Assembly: GCA_963678065.2 (NCBI GenBank)
Contig: CAXXVZ010000003.1
Coordinates: 1,632,001-1,696,000, forward strand
From: Treponemataceae bacterium
Lineage (GTDB): Bacteria > Spirochaetota > Spirochaetia > Treponematales > Rectinemataceae
Direction of reading: 5' to 3'
Length of the DNA stretch: 64,000 nucleotides
Shown here: positions 10,012-19,535 of the stretch, one piece after another
Layout: each line of letters opens with the position of its first letter
Position numbering within the stretch: position 1 is the first letter of the stretch
Program-made: the position numbers and the translations under genes
The notes under the pieces: generated by a model
What the model was told of the DNA's origin: nothing
Databases searched by the model: none
Seen by the model: only the letters and a program-made list of their open reading frames with translations

Positions 10012-11349
10012 TTAATGTATCGGCATTTCCTTCAAATTTCTTTCCATGATAGCAATTTTTTCATGATTTTTTTCGAGTACCAGCCGGAAATTTTTCCGGG
10101 CCGCCCTCCGAAAGACGGGGTAGAGGCCCTGATCCATCGAAAAGCGGAATTTCATGCAAAGGACGCGGAGAGCAGCATCGTCCAGTCTCGACTCGGGGAC
10201 CTTGCCCGAGCGCACGGCCCCGACGATGGCGTCGCGCACGGAAAACGCTCTGGCCGCCGAGCTCAGCATGATGAAGTCGGCCCCGGCGGACAGAGCCCGG
10301 ACGGCCGACTCTTCGGGCGGCATGATTCTGGCGAGAGCGCCCATGTAGAGGTCGTCGGTCAAGGCGATGCCGCGGAAACCGAGCCGCCCTTTGAGGAGAT
10401 TTTGAATCACCGCGGGCGAGATCGAAGAGGGCTCTTCTCCCGAAATGAACGGAAGGCGCACATGGGAGAGCATGACGGCGGCCACGGCCTTTCTCGCCGC
10501 CGAGGCGAATCTCGGGGCTATTTCCTTCCCGTATTGCTCTCTCGTGATGTCGAGGCTGCCCGGTCCCTTGTGAGGGTCCTCTCCTGAGTTGCCGGGAAAA
10601 TGTTTGGCGGTCGCCGCAACCCCTGGTTTGCCCGGGGCCCAGGATTGGAGCCCCTCGATGTAGGCTCCTGCCGTCCTGTCGACCAGACCGGGATCGCGTC
10701 CGTAGGAACGGCTCCCGAGGAAGGCTTCATTGTTGCTCGTCTTCACTTCGACCACGGGGGCCAGGACCATGTTGATGCCGAGGGCGCGGAGTTCGGAGGC
10801 GGCGACGAGTCCGAGGGTATGCGCGTACTGCGGAGGACGCGCGCCGACCGTCTCGGCAGCGGGTATGACGGTGAGGCTCTGGCCGAAACGGAACACAACC
10901 CCGCCTTCGTGGTCGATGGCCACGGCGAGGGGTATACCTTTCTGCGCCCCTGAGTCCTGGACGGCATCGACAAATTCCCCGAGCTCAAGAGGATCTTCGG
11001 GCACGTTGAACCCGAAAAGGAGGATGCCGCCCGGCCTCAGCGAAGCGAGGATTTTCGCGGAAGACTCAGGGAGGAGGGATTTCCCCGGAATGGACACCAT
11101 GAGGACCTGCGAAGCCTTCTCCGCGAGCGAGAGCCGGGAGAGGGCGCTCAGCGCTTCTGAAAAACGGTAGCTCCGGGGTGGAGACCCGAGGCAAAAAAGA
11201 TCGCAAGGGGCGACGGCGGGGAGAACGGCCAAGCAGGCGAACAGCAGGGCGAGAATGCGCGACGCTACGCCGGCGGACAGATTCCGGATGGAAGCGCGGA
11301 TTCCGGAGAGGAAGGACTGGCAGGGGGCGCCACACATCTTCGTCGCCAT
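10012..11349 (-). CDS. GH3 beta-N-acetylhexosaminidase-like protein
   Basis: IDHEGG, LAPVVE, RSYG, KHFPGN...DPH, TDDLYMGA. Confidence 0.88.
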   Translation of the reverse strand: MATKMCGAPCQSFLSGIRASIRNLSAGVASRILALLFACLAVLPAVAPCDLFCLGSPPRSYRFSEALSALSRLSLAEKASQVLMVSIPGKSLLPESSAKILASLRPGGILLFGFNVPEDPLELGEFVDAVQDSGAQKGIPLAVAIDHEGGVVFRFGQSLTVIPAAETVGARPPQYAHTLGLVAASELRALGINMVLAPVVEVKTSNNEAFLGSRSYGRDPGLVDRTAGAYIEGLQSWAPGKPGVAATAKHFPGNSGEDPHKGPGSLDITREQYGKEIAPRFASAARKAVAAVMLSHVRLPFISGEEPSSISPAVIQNLLKGRLGFRGIALTDDLYMGALARIMPPEESAVRALSAGADFIMLSSAARAFSVRDAIVGAVRSGKVPESRLDDAALRVLCMKFRFSMDQGLYPVFRRAARKNFRLVLEKNHEKIAIMERNLKEMPIH

Positions 11350-11428
11350 GAGCGGATTGTACTTCGCAGAAAGATCGGTGGCTATGCTTTTTGCCTGCCC
11401 TCAGGCTATAGTTTGCTCCGGAGATCCC

Positions 11429-12583
11429 ATGAAAGCCACTGTATCCCTTCTGCGCTGCGCCGATTATGGGCAGCGGAACCTCGATGCGATTGTAGCCGCA
11501 TCGGCCGAAGCCGCGCTCATGCCCGAGGTCAGAGGCGCCGCGGTTCTTGTAAAGCCGAACCTCCTCAACGGGGTCGATCCGGAGCGCGCCGTGACCACCA
11601 ACCCGGCGTTCCTGGCCGCGGTCGTCCGCCACCTCAGAGCTTCGGGCGCTTCCCGCGTTCTCGTGGGGGACTCCCCTTCCTGGCAGTCACAGAACGCAGT
11701 CGGCAAGAAGACCGGGATCAGGGATGCCGCCGAATCGTCGGGGGCCGAATGGGTGGACTTCTCGGAGGGCGTCGAGCTTCCTTGCCCAGAAGGCAGGCTC
11801 GTCAAATCCTTCGTCATCGCGAAGCCTTTCCTCGACGCGGACCTCCTCTTCGACCTTCCCAAACTGAAGACCCACATGCTCACCTACTACACGGGGGCGA
11901 TGAAGAACCTTTTCGGACTCGTGCCGGGATTAGCGAAGAGCGCCTGGCACATGCGCTTTCCGGGAAGGGCGGAATTCAGCGCGATGCTCGTCGACCTCGC
12001 CTCCCTCGCGCGGCCGGAGTTCACCTTCATGGACGCCGTCGTCGCCATGGAAGGGCCCGGCCCGAACAACGGAAGACCAAAGCAGCTGGGGCTTGTCCTC
12101 GCCTCGAAAGACCCGCTCGCCCTCGACAGGACGGCGGCGCGCGTCATAGGCTATGATCCCGATTCGATCGTCCACCTCGCGGATGCTTCCAGGCGGGGAA
12201 TATGGGTCGGCGGCGACACAGAGATCGAACTCGCGGGACTTCGCCTCGATGAGGCGCGGGCAGATTCCTTCGACCTCGTAAAACAGGCACGGGAGGGCAC
12301 TCCCTTCTCGAAAATTTTGCCTAAAGGCTTGCACGGGCTCCTCCGGGATCTCTCGGTCGCGCGCCCTGTCTTCGACCGACAGACCTGCCGGCTCTGCTCC
12401 GCCTGCGTCAAGATATGCCCGGCGAAAGCTCTCTCCATCGAGGGCGCGAAGCGGCACGTCTCCATCGATTACAGGAAGTGTATCCGCTGTTATTGCTGTC
12501 ACGAAGCCTGCCCCTACGATGCCATCAGGCTCGTGAAGAGGCCGAGGCTCGGTGGAGGCAGGGCGGGCAAGGAGGGTCTGTGA
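11429..12583 (+). CDS. DUF362 protein with C-terminal 2x[4Fe-4S] domain
   Basis: VKPNLL, LPKLKTH, GAMKNLFG, MEGPGP; CRLCSACVKICP and CIRCYCCHEACP. Confidence 0.88.
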   Translation: MKATVSLLRCADYGQRNLDAIVAASAEAALMPEVRGAAVLVKPNLLNGVDPERAVTTNPAFLAAVVRHLRASGASRVLVGDSPSWQSQNAVGKKTGIRDAAESSGAEWVDFSEGVELPCPEGRLVKSFVIAKPFLDADLLFDLPKLKTHMLTYYTGAMKNLFGLVPGLAKSAWHMRFPGRAEFSAMLVDLASLARPEFTFMDAVVAMEGPGPNNGRPKQLGLVLASKDPLALDRTAARVIGYDPDSIVHLADASRRGIWVGGDTEIELAGLRLDEARADSFDLVKQAREGTPFSKILPKGLHGLLRDLSVARPVFDRQTCRLCSACVKICPAKALSIEGAKRHVSIDYRKCIRCYCCHEACPYDAIRLVKRPRLGGGRAGKEGL

Positions 12584-14247
12584 TGGACGGCGATTCCGGA
12601 GACTCAGGAAAAACCATCTTCGACGGAAGCTTTTCGCCGCAATTCGGTCCGAATGACGGCCGCTGGAAGCGGCTCGACATGGATCCGCCCGCGACTTCTC
12701 CAACAGGAGGTCTCACGCTCCGGGAAGAAGACCTGCAAACACTCGCGGAGTTCGCGTTCTCGGAGATCGCCTTCCGGATGCCGCCCCATCAGCTCGAGGG
12801 CTTCGCCTCCATCCTCCGCGATCATCGGACGACGGAGGCCGAAAAGTATGTCGCCGCGGCCCTGATACGGAACGCGGCGGTCGCGGCGGAGGGGATACTG
12901 CCACTCTGTCAGGACACCGGCACGGCCCTCGTCTACGGCTGGCTCGGGGAAAATGTGCGCATACGCGTATCCACGGCATCCCCCGCCGGCGACGCGCGGG
13001 GAGCCGCATTCTGTTCCGGGACGGCGGCAATCCGGGCCGGGGCGGCCGCGGCATACCGGCGGCATCTGCTGCGTTCCTCCCAAAAAGGTCCCGTCGGTAT
13101 GTTCGACGAGGCAGTGACGGCCGACAACACACCCGCCGCCATCGACATGCGCCGGGTAGCCGGGGAGACCTGCCGCTTCTGCTTTGTCGCCAAGGGCGGC
13201 GGATCGGCCAACCGCACGAGTTTTTCGATGGAATCCCCCGCCCTCCTCAAGCCGGAGCTCTTCCGGGCCGCGCTCGCCGCCCGCATCTCAGGACTCGGAG
13301 CATCAGGCTGCCCGCCTTACCGTATCGCCGCGGTGCTGGGTGGATTGACTCCCTCCCAGACCCTCTACACGCTCGAGCTCGCCGCCTTGGGCCTTCTGGA
13401 CGATCTTCCGGCGGCGGGAGCCGGGGATGGGAGTCCCTACCGCGACAGGGAATGGGAGCGGGTCATGATGGAGTTCGCCGCCGGCACGGGCGTCGGAGCC
13501 CAGTTCGGCGGTTCCGCGCTGGCCATGGACAGCCGCTCCATCAGGCTGCCGCGGCATGCCGCGAGCCTTCCCTTCGCGGTGGGTGTTTCCTGCTCGGCCC
13601 ACAGGGCATTGAGGGCGCTCGTCTCGAAAGAGGGCTGGTTCGTCGAGGCGATGGAGGAGGACCCGGGCCGCTTCCTGCCTCCGGAACTGCCTGTCCTGCC
13701 CCAAGCCCCTGTCGTCGACCTGAACCGTCCCCTGCGCACCGTGGCGGATGAGCTTTCGGCCAAGCCCGCCGGCAGTTTCGTGCTTCTGTCGGGGACGGTG
13801 CTGCTCGCCCGCGACGCGGCCCACGCCCGGTTCAGAGCCATTGTGGAAGGGGGCGGCGAACTCCCTCCCTATCTCGCGAAGTATCCCATCTTCTACGCCG
13901 GCCCCACGGAGGCCGCCGCCGGAATGGCCTCCGGCTCTTTCGGTCCGACCACGGCGGGGCGCATGGACAGTTTTCTCGATATCCTCATGGATCGCGGGGC
14001 GGCTCTCGTAAGCATCGCGAAGGGTGGCCGCAGTAAAAAGGCGACCGAGGTCATCGCGTCCCATCGCGGCGCCTACCTCGCCTGCATAGGCGGGGCCGCG
14101 GCCCTCGCCGCGCGAGACCACGTCGCCGAGTCACGGGTGATCGACTTCCCGGAACTCGGCATGGAGGCGGTCCGCCTCGTCAGGCTGGACTCGCTCCCCG
14201 CCATGGTCGTCGTCGACGGCGAGGGAAGGGATTTCTATGCCCGATAG
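12583..14247 (+). CDS. Class I (Fe-S) fumarate hydratase family
   Basis: LCQDTG, KGGGSAN, CPPY, SCSAHR, ARDAAH, GPTTAGRMD, LGMEAV; TGATG overlap with upstream gene. Confidence 0.9.
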   Translation: MDGDSGDSGKTIFDGSFSPQFGPNDGRWKRLDMDPPATSPTGGLTLREEDLQTLAEFAFSEIAFRMPPHQLEGFASILRDHRTTEAEKYVAAALIRNAAVAAEGILPLCQDTGTALVYGWLGENVRIRVSTASPAGDARGAAFCSGTAAIRAGAAAAYRRHLLRSSQKGPVGMFDEAVTADNTPAAIDMRRVAGETCRFCFVAKGGGSANRTSFSMESPALLKPELFRAALAARISGLGASGCPPYRIAAVLGGLTPSQTLYTLELAALGLLDDLPAAGAGDGSPYRDREWERVMMEFAAGTGVGAQFGGSALAMDSRSIRLPRHAASLPFAVGVSCSAHRALRALVSKEGWFVEAMEEDPGRFLPPELPVLPQAPVVDLNRPLRTVADELSAKPAGSFVLLSGTVLLARDAAHARFRAIVEGGGELPPYLAKYPIFYAGPTEAAAGMASGSFGPTTAGRMDSFLDILMDRGAALVSIAKGGRSKKATEVIASHRGAYLACIGGAAALAARDHVAESRVIDFPELGMEAVRLVRLDSLPAMVVVDGEGRDFYAR

Positions 14248-14262
14248 ACTGAGTCTATGCGG

Positions 14263-15321
14263 TTATGGATACAGGTGGACGATGTGATGGCCCGCTGCAG
14301 CGGTTGATGGATCCGCCAGACACTCGAGAACCTCGAGCACATGCAGACAGAGCTCTCCCGAGGCCCGGTAGGGAAGGCCGCGTACGATCGATTCGGCCAT
14401 ATCTATTACGCCCATGCCTCGCAGATTAGCCGACCAGCGGGGCCCCGCAGGTACTTCCTCCCATTCCTTCTGCCCCGATCGACGACAGAGGACAGTACCG
14501 CCGAAGTACACGGGGTCGGGCACAATGATAGTCCCCTCAGTGCCCCAGATCTCTATCGGCGACGCGCGCGTGGCCTGGACATCGAAACTCATCGTCGCGC
14601 TCACGGCAGCGCCGGAGACGAATCGCAGGATTCCCACCGCGTGCGTCTGAACTTCCACCGCTATGGGCTTCCCTGCGTCCGGACCGGAACCCACGACGCG
14701 CCGGGTGGTCATCATCCGTGTCGCGCCGAATACTCCCGCCACGGGTCCCAGCAGTGTGACGAGCGCGGCGATGAAGTACGGGCCGCGGTCAAGCACAGGG
14801 CCCCCTCCGCGCGCATAGAATATCGACGGATTCGGGTGCCAGCCTTCGGGTCCGGGCGAAAGCGCATTCGCATAGCCGCCGACGATTTCGCCTATCGCGC
14901 CCTCTCCGATGATGCGCGCACAGATCGATATGCCTCCCCCCATGAAGGTGTCGGGAGCGCCGCCGAGGTGGAGCCCCCGGGAGCGGGCGGCCTGAACCAC
15001 GCGTTCCGCGTCGGACAAGGTCGCCGCGAGAGGTTTTTCGGAGTAGACATGCTTGCCCGCCGCGAGCGCCGCCATCGACAGCTCCGCGTGAGCGAGCGGA
15101 GGAGTGAGGTTCACCACAAGGTCTATCGTGGGGTCGGCGATGAGTTCCTCCACCCTCTCGGCGCGGATTCCGAACCGTGCGGCTGAGGCCTCGGCCTTGC
15201 AAAGATCGGCGTCGGCGCAGGCGACGAGCCGCAGAGCTCCTCCGGACTGCGCGAGGTTGGCAAGGTACACGGCCGAAATGGCACCGCAACCCACAACGCC
15301 GACCGCCAGGCTCTCCCTCAT
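14263..15321 (-). CDS. Gfo/Idh/MocA family oxidoreductase
   Basis: GCGAIS, GKHVYSEKP, APDTFMGG, WHPNP, GGGPVLDRGPY. Confidence 0.92.
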   Translation of the reverse strand: MRESLAVGVVGCGAISAVYLANLAQSGGALRLVACADADLCKAEASAARFGIRAERVEELIADPTIDLVVNLTPPLAHAELSMAALAAGKHVYSEKPLAATLSDAERVVQAARSRGLHLGGAPDTFMGGGISICARIIGEGAIGEIVGGYANALSPGPEGWHPNPSIFYARGGGPVLDRGPYFIAALVTLLGPVAGVFGATRMMTTRRVVGSGPDAGKPIAVEVQTHAVGILRFVSGAAVSATMSFDVQATRASPIEIWGTEGTIIVPDPVYFGGTVLCRRSGQKEWEEVPAGPRWSANLRGMGVIDMAESIVRGLPYRASGELCLHVLEVLECLADPSTAAAGHHIVHLYP

Positions 15322-15336
15322 GCCGTCCGACCGGTA

Positions 15337-16296
15337 TCAGACCTGAGCCATGTAGCGCTTGGTGGAGAGCGGGTGCTCTCTGAGCTCCGAAAGCCGTCGG
15401 TTGAAGAGCTCGAGGACATTGCTGAACACAGCGAATCCGAAATACTCGCGGACAGATTCGGGCAGCTCCAGAAGCCCGAGTTCGCCTGAGTCCAACAACA
15501 GACACCGATCCGTATGCGCGCGGATAAAATCGCAGGCCTCCCGCTCCGCATCGCCCGACGCGCCGGGATTCGCGAGGACGATGAAGGTCGCGTCGCCGTC
15601 GACGATTTCTATCGGCCCGTGGCGGAATTCGCCGCTGTGCATCAGCCCTGCGTGGATCCACAGGGACTGCAGGAGCGCGATCACTTCGTTGTAGGCGGCC
15701 CCGTAGCTGGCTCCTCCTCCGACGACATAGTACTGATGGGATTCGCGGTTCCGCCCGGCGAAGTCGCGGACGGCTCCGCAGGAAGCCTCGCGTGCGCGCG
15801 CCACTATCGGGTCGATCGATTCAAAGGCCTCCGCGAACTCGCTGTACTGCGAGTAGCCACAGGCGCGACGGGCGATCTCGACGGCGAGCCGGAGCGCGCA
15901 TGCGGATTTTTCGAGGCCAGGGTGCCGGTCGGGCCCCCACTCGTATTTGATGACGCCGTCGCTTTTGTCGCCCAGGGCGCTGCCATCTTTATAGATCAGA
16001 CTCGCCACATGCGCGCCGCGATTCTTCGCCGCGGATGCCGCCGCGACGACCTCCTGAGTGTTTCCCGAGTGGGAGTTCGCCACGAGAAGAGATGAGGCGT
16101 TCAGCCCTGCCGGTGGAGCGGACGCGAACTCGCGCGCGTTCTCCCAGAACGAGGAAATGGTCGACACCTGTCTGCGCAGGAAATAGTGAGCCGGGTGCAT
16201 GGCCCCGAGCGATTGCCCACAGCCCGTCCAGTACACCGATCCAAGTCCCTCCGCCGATTCGGCGGCGATTCTCTCGATTGTCTGTTTGATAGACAT
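15337..16296 (-). CDS. Double-SIS protein, FrlB (fructosamine-6-P deglycase)-like, divergent
   Basis: GCGQS, SHSGNTQE, HSGEFRHGPIEI, C-terminal HPLSTKRYM. Confidence 0.85.
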   Translation of the reverse strand: MSIKQTIERIAAESAEGLGSVYWTGCGQSLGAMHPAHYFLRRQVSTISSFWENAREFASAPPAGLNASSLLVANSHSGNTQEVVAAASAAKNRGAHVASLIYKDGSALGDKSDGVIKYEWGPDRHPGLEKSACALRLAVEIARRACGYSQYSEFAEAFESIDPIVARAREASCGAVRDFAGRNRESHQYYVVGGGASYGAAYNEVIALLQSLWIHAGLMHSGEFRHGPIEIVDGDATFIVLANPGASGDAEREACDFIRAHTDRCLLLDSGELGLLELPESVREYFGFAVFSNVLELFNRRLSELREHPLSTKRYMAQV

Positions 16297-16387
16297 ACAA
16301 CTCCCTCCCCGAAAATCAGTAGCTGTGGCAAGTCGACGGAACCGGAATCCATGCCCGGGAACACCCGAACATGGCGGAACCGTTCCG

Positions 16388-17224
16388 TCACTTCGAGTAA
16401 CCCATCCGTATTCCCGCGAGGAAATACCGCTGCAAAAAAATGAATATCAGCAGCGGCCCTACGGCCGCGACGAGGGCGCTCGCCGCCTCGCCGTTCCAGT
16501 CGAACACGAACCGCCCGACCGTGCTTGTGATGCCGATCATCACAGGCTGTATCCGAGGACTCTGCGTGATGGTCAGACTCCAGAACAGATCGTTCCAGAT
16601 CCACGCGAACTGGAATATCCCCACGCTCATGATCGCCGATTTCGCCATTGGCACGATGATCTTCCACATGATTCTGAGTTCCCGTGCCCCATCGATCACC
16701 GCCGCCTCCACGACGCCCTGCTCTATCGACTGGAAGAATTTGGTGAGCACGAAGGTCGCGAAGGGCAGCGAGTAGGCTATATGCGCGACGATCAGCCCGC
16801 CGAATGTGTCGTAGAGCCCTATTCTCTGCAGAAGGATGTAGACGGGGACGAGAAAAGTCTGAGCGGGGAACCAGAGACCCGCGAAAATGAGCATGATGAC
16901 AAAATTCTTCAGCCGGAACCTGAAACGCATGAACGCGTATGCGGCCAGAGATCCCAGAAGGAGCGCTCCCAGCACGGAAGGGATCGTCACTATCACAGAA
17001 TTTCGCAAATAGATTCCTATCTTGTTGTACGTGAACGACTTGATAAAACCGTCGAAATTTATCCTCAGGGGAATCGAGAATATGCCCCGGGCCATGATCT
17101 CTTCGTTGGACTTGAAGGCCATGAGGATGCAGGCGACCATCGGCAGCGAAAACACGACGGCGAAGGCGACGAGCAGCGCCTTCACGAGCGTCCTGGCGAA
17201 AATATTCGTTGCGTCTCTCGTCAA
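16388..17224 (-). CDS. Carbohydrate ABC transporter permease (MalG-type)
   Basis: EAAVIDGA EAA loop, WNDLFW; TTG start overlapping the upstream stop. Confidence 0.92.
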   Translation of the reverse strand: MTRDATNIFARTLVKALLVAFAVVFSLPMVACILMAFKSNEEIMARGIFSIPLRINFDGFIKSFTYNKIGIYLRNSVIVTIPSVLGALLLGSLAAYAFMRFRFRLKNFVIMLIFAGLWFPAQTFLVPVYILLQRIGLYDTFGGLIVAHIAYSLPFATFVLTKFFQSIEQGVVEAAVIDGARELRIMWKIIVPMAKSAIMSVGIFQFAWIWNDLFWSLTITQSPRIQPVMIGITSTVGRFVFDWNGEAASALVAAVGPLLIFIFLQRYFLAGIRMGYSK

Positions 17225-18111
17225 AATTGAATCCCTCCTTTCCTCGACTGCCACCGCTGGTAGGGAACGACGAGGAGGAACGCAAACAGGAACTGGATCA
17301 CGGAGACCGCGGAGGACTGTCCGATCTTGAACTGGGAGAACAGTTTCCACACGAGCGTGCTCAGCACGTCGTCCTTGTAATACCCGCCGGACATGAGAAA
17401 CACCAAATCGAATATCTTCACCGACAAGACCAGTCCGATGGAGATGCAGATCTGCGTGGCGTGGTTGACCATGGGCAGGACGATGAAGCGGACTTCCTGC
17501 ATAGTGGTGGCGCCATCGATAGCCGCCGCGTCGAAGAGTTCCTCGGGTATCTCTTTGATCGCCGAAAGGTAGAGCACGAGCGGAAAGCCGATCCAGTGCC
17601 AGATCCCGACGCACACGATGGCGATGATGGAGGTTGACGCGTTCGTAAGGAAGCTTCTCACGGGCGGCACGAGCCCGAGAAATCTGCAAGCTTCAGCTAT
17701 GACACCGCGGCTGGGCTCGTAGACCCAGGCCCAGATGATGGACATCACCGAGAAGGCGAGGATCATCGGGACGTAGAACACCGTCCTCAAGGCGATGTTG
17801 ATTGCGCTGTTCCTCTGGAGGAGGTAGGCGAGCACAAAACCCAAGGCCATGGGAACAGGCACGAAAAACAGCATCCAGAGTACATTGTTCTTGAGGGCGA
17901 CAAGCATTTTCTCGTCGGAGAAAAAACGCGCGTAGTTCTCGAACCCCACGAAGACTTTTCGTGGATTCAGTCCATCCCACGAAAAGAAACTTATGAGTGT
18001 GGAGTAGACAACAGGGTACACGATGAATACGACATACAGCGCCAGGGGAAGAGCGAGGAATGCCCAGGGTGTCAGCGCCCTCAACACCCTTCTGCCCGTG
18101 ACAGGCTTCAT
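17221..18111 (-). CDS. Carbohydrate ABC transporter permease (MalF-type)
   Basis: FVGFENY, IPEELFDAAAIDGA, KIFDLV. Confidence 0.93.
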   Translation of the reverse strand: MKPVTGRRVLRALTPWAFLALPLALYVVFIVYPVVYSTLISFFSWDGLNPRKVFVGFENYARFFSDEKMLVALKNNVLWMLFFVPVPMALGFVLAYLLQRNSAINIALRTVFYVPMILAFSVMSIIWAWVYEPSRGVIAEACRFLGLVPPVRSFLTNASTSIIAIVCVGIWHWIGFPLVLYLSAIKEIPEELFDAAAIDGATTMQEVRFIVLPMVNHATQICISIGLVLSVKIFDLVFLMSGGYYKDDVLSTLVWKLFSQFKIGQSSAVSVIQFLFAFLLVVPYQRWQSRKGGIQF

Positions 18112-18187
18112 TGTTCCTCCATTCGGATCACCGCCTCGGGTGTCCTTGAGTCTCGCGTCTTGCCGGTGCGGCCACGGTTGTCCACGA

Positions 18188-19534
18188 TCAGCCCTCCAAG
18201 GCCGAAATAGCGGCGCCGACCGCGTTGATGAACTGATTGTCCACTTTGGTGTTTATGAATTTCACGGGCAGCTCCGAATGAGCCGTCGCGAGCCAGCGCT
18301 GTGCGCTCGCGACGACCAGTTCGTTTTTGGTGAGTCCGCCGAAGACCGCGGCGTTCTTCATAGCCAGGATGTTGTGCGCAAAGGCGATCATCTCGGCCAG
18401 ATACATGCCCAAAAGCGTGAAGACGTAGCCGATTCTGTCCGTGTACTCCCGCATGCTCATGTTGACCAGATATTCCGCCTGTTCGAGACTGGTCTGTCCC
18501 TCCAGGTGAAGGCTGAGCCTCTGGGCGATGGCGGGGATGCCGAATTTGAGGGACAGGAAATCGCGCACCTTCTTGGCCGTCCCATCCTCGAAACCGATCG
18601 TGGCCGCGCAGAGTTCCATCTGGGGAAGCATTCCTCCCGAAGAAGAGATGAAGCCGGCGGAGACACTGTAACCGAGTCCGATGCACAGTGTGTCGGAAAA
18701 GCCGTTGGTTCTGGCGATGGAGAGAGCGCCCGCCACGCCATCGTTGAGGAGAGTCACCGGCAGGCCAAGACGTTCCCCGAGGAGACGTCTGAGGTCGCTC
18801 ACCCGGGACAGTTTTTCGGCGGCGTAAATGTTCGGGATCTTTATCGGCGTCACGATCCGGCCGTCGACAAGAGGAGCGGGCCACGCGATGCCGACACCGC
18901 GGAGTTCCGGACCCGACACCGCGCGGACCGTCTCGACCAGTTCATCCACCAAGAGATCGGTGGAAGAAGCCTCCAGTATCGGCGTCTTGCGTATGTCACG
19001 CCTCAGTATGGCCCCGTTCTCGTAGAGTATCGATTTGACGTTCGTGCCGCCTATATCGACCCCCACGACCCGGCCAGGCTGAGCAGCGGGAGGCGGAATC
19101 GCGGCTCCCCTCGGCCTGGTGCCGGCATCAACGGCGAATCCGCCCAAGAGAGACTCGGGGACGAATTCGACGCGCAGGCTGTCGCCATATATTTCCCGCA
19201 TCCTGGACTCAGGCTGGAAACGCATTCTCAGGAGAGAGAGCAGCGGAGGCTCGGCGGCGATGATGAGCCTGGGGCCGCCGAAGGCCAAGTGTAGGTTGTT
19301 GATCTTGGCGAGGATGTAGGCGAGAAAAAAACCGTCTCCGGAAACGCGGACGAAGGGGGCGCCGACCTGCACCGCGAGGCTGCCGACGCCGCTTTGGAAG
19401 GCTATATCTGCGTCGAGGCGGTATTTCACATCGAGAACGGCCATGGAATCGAGCCGTATGTATTTCGCGCGCAGCATCTCCTGGACGCTGTCCAGGTCGG
19501 ACAGAATATCCCCGTTCACACTAGAAGCAGCCAT
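18188..19534 (-). CDS. Divergent ROK-family protein (probable sugar kinase) with N-terminal extension
   Basis: GVDIGGTN, LPVTLLNDG, NAVGAA; no HTH recognised; lacks the Cys Zn motif. Confidence 0.75.
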   Translation of the reverse strand: MAASSVNGDILSDLDSVQEMLRAKYIRLDSMAVLDVKYRLDADIAFQSGVGSLAVQVGAPFVRVSGDGFFLAYILAKINNLHLAFGGPRLIIAAEPPLLSLLRMRFQPESRMREIYGDSLRVEFVPESLLGGFAVDAGTRPRGAAIPPPAAQPGRVVGVDIGGTNVKSILYENGAILRRDIRKTPILEASSTDLLVDELVETVRAVSGPELRGVGIAWPAPLVDGRIVTPIKIPNIYAAEKLSRVSDLRRLLGERLGLPVTLLNDGVAGALSIARTNGFSDTLCIGLGYSVSAGFISSSGGMLPQMELCAATIGFEDGTAKKVRDFLSLKFGIPAIAQRLSLHLEGQTSLEQAEYLVNMSMREYTDRIGYVFTLLGMYLAEMIAFAHNILAMKNAAVFGGLTKNELVVASAQRWLATAHSELPVKFINTKVDNQFINAVGAAISALEG

Positions 19535-19535
19535 G

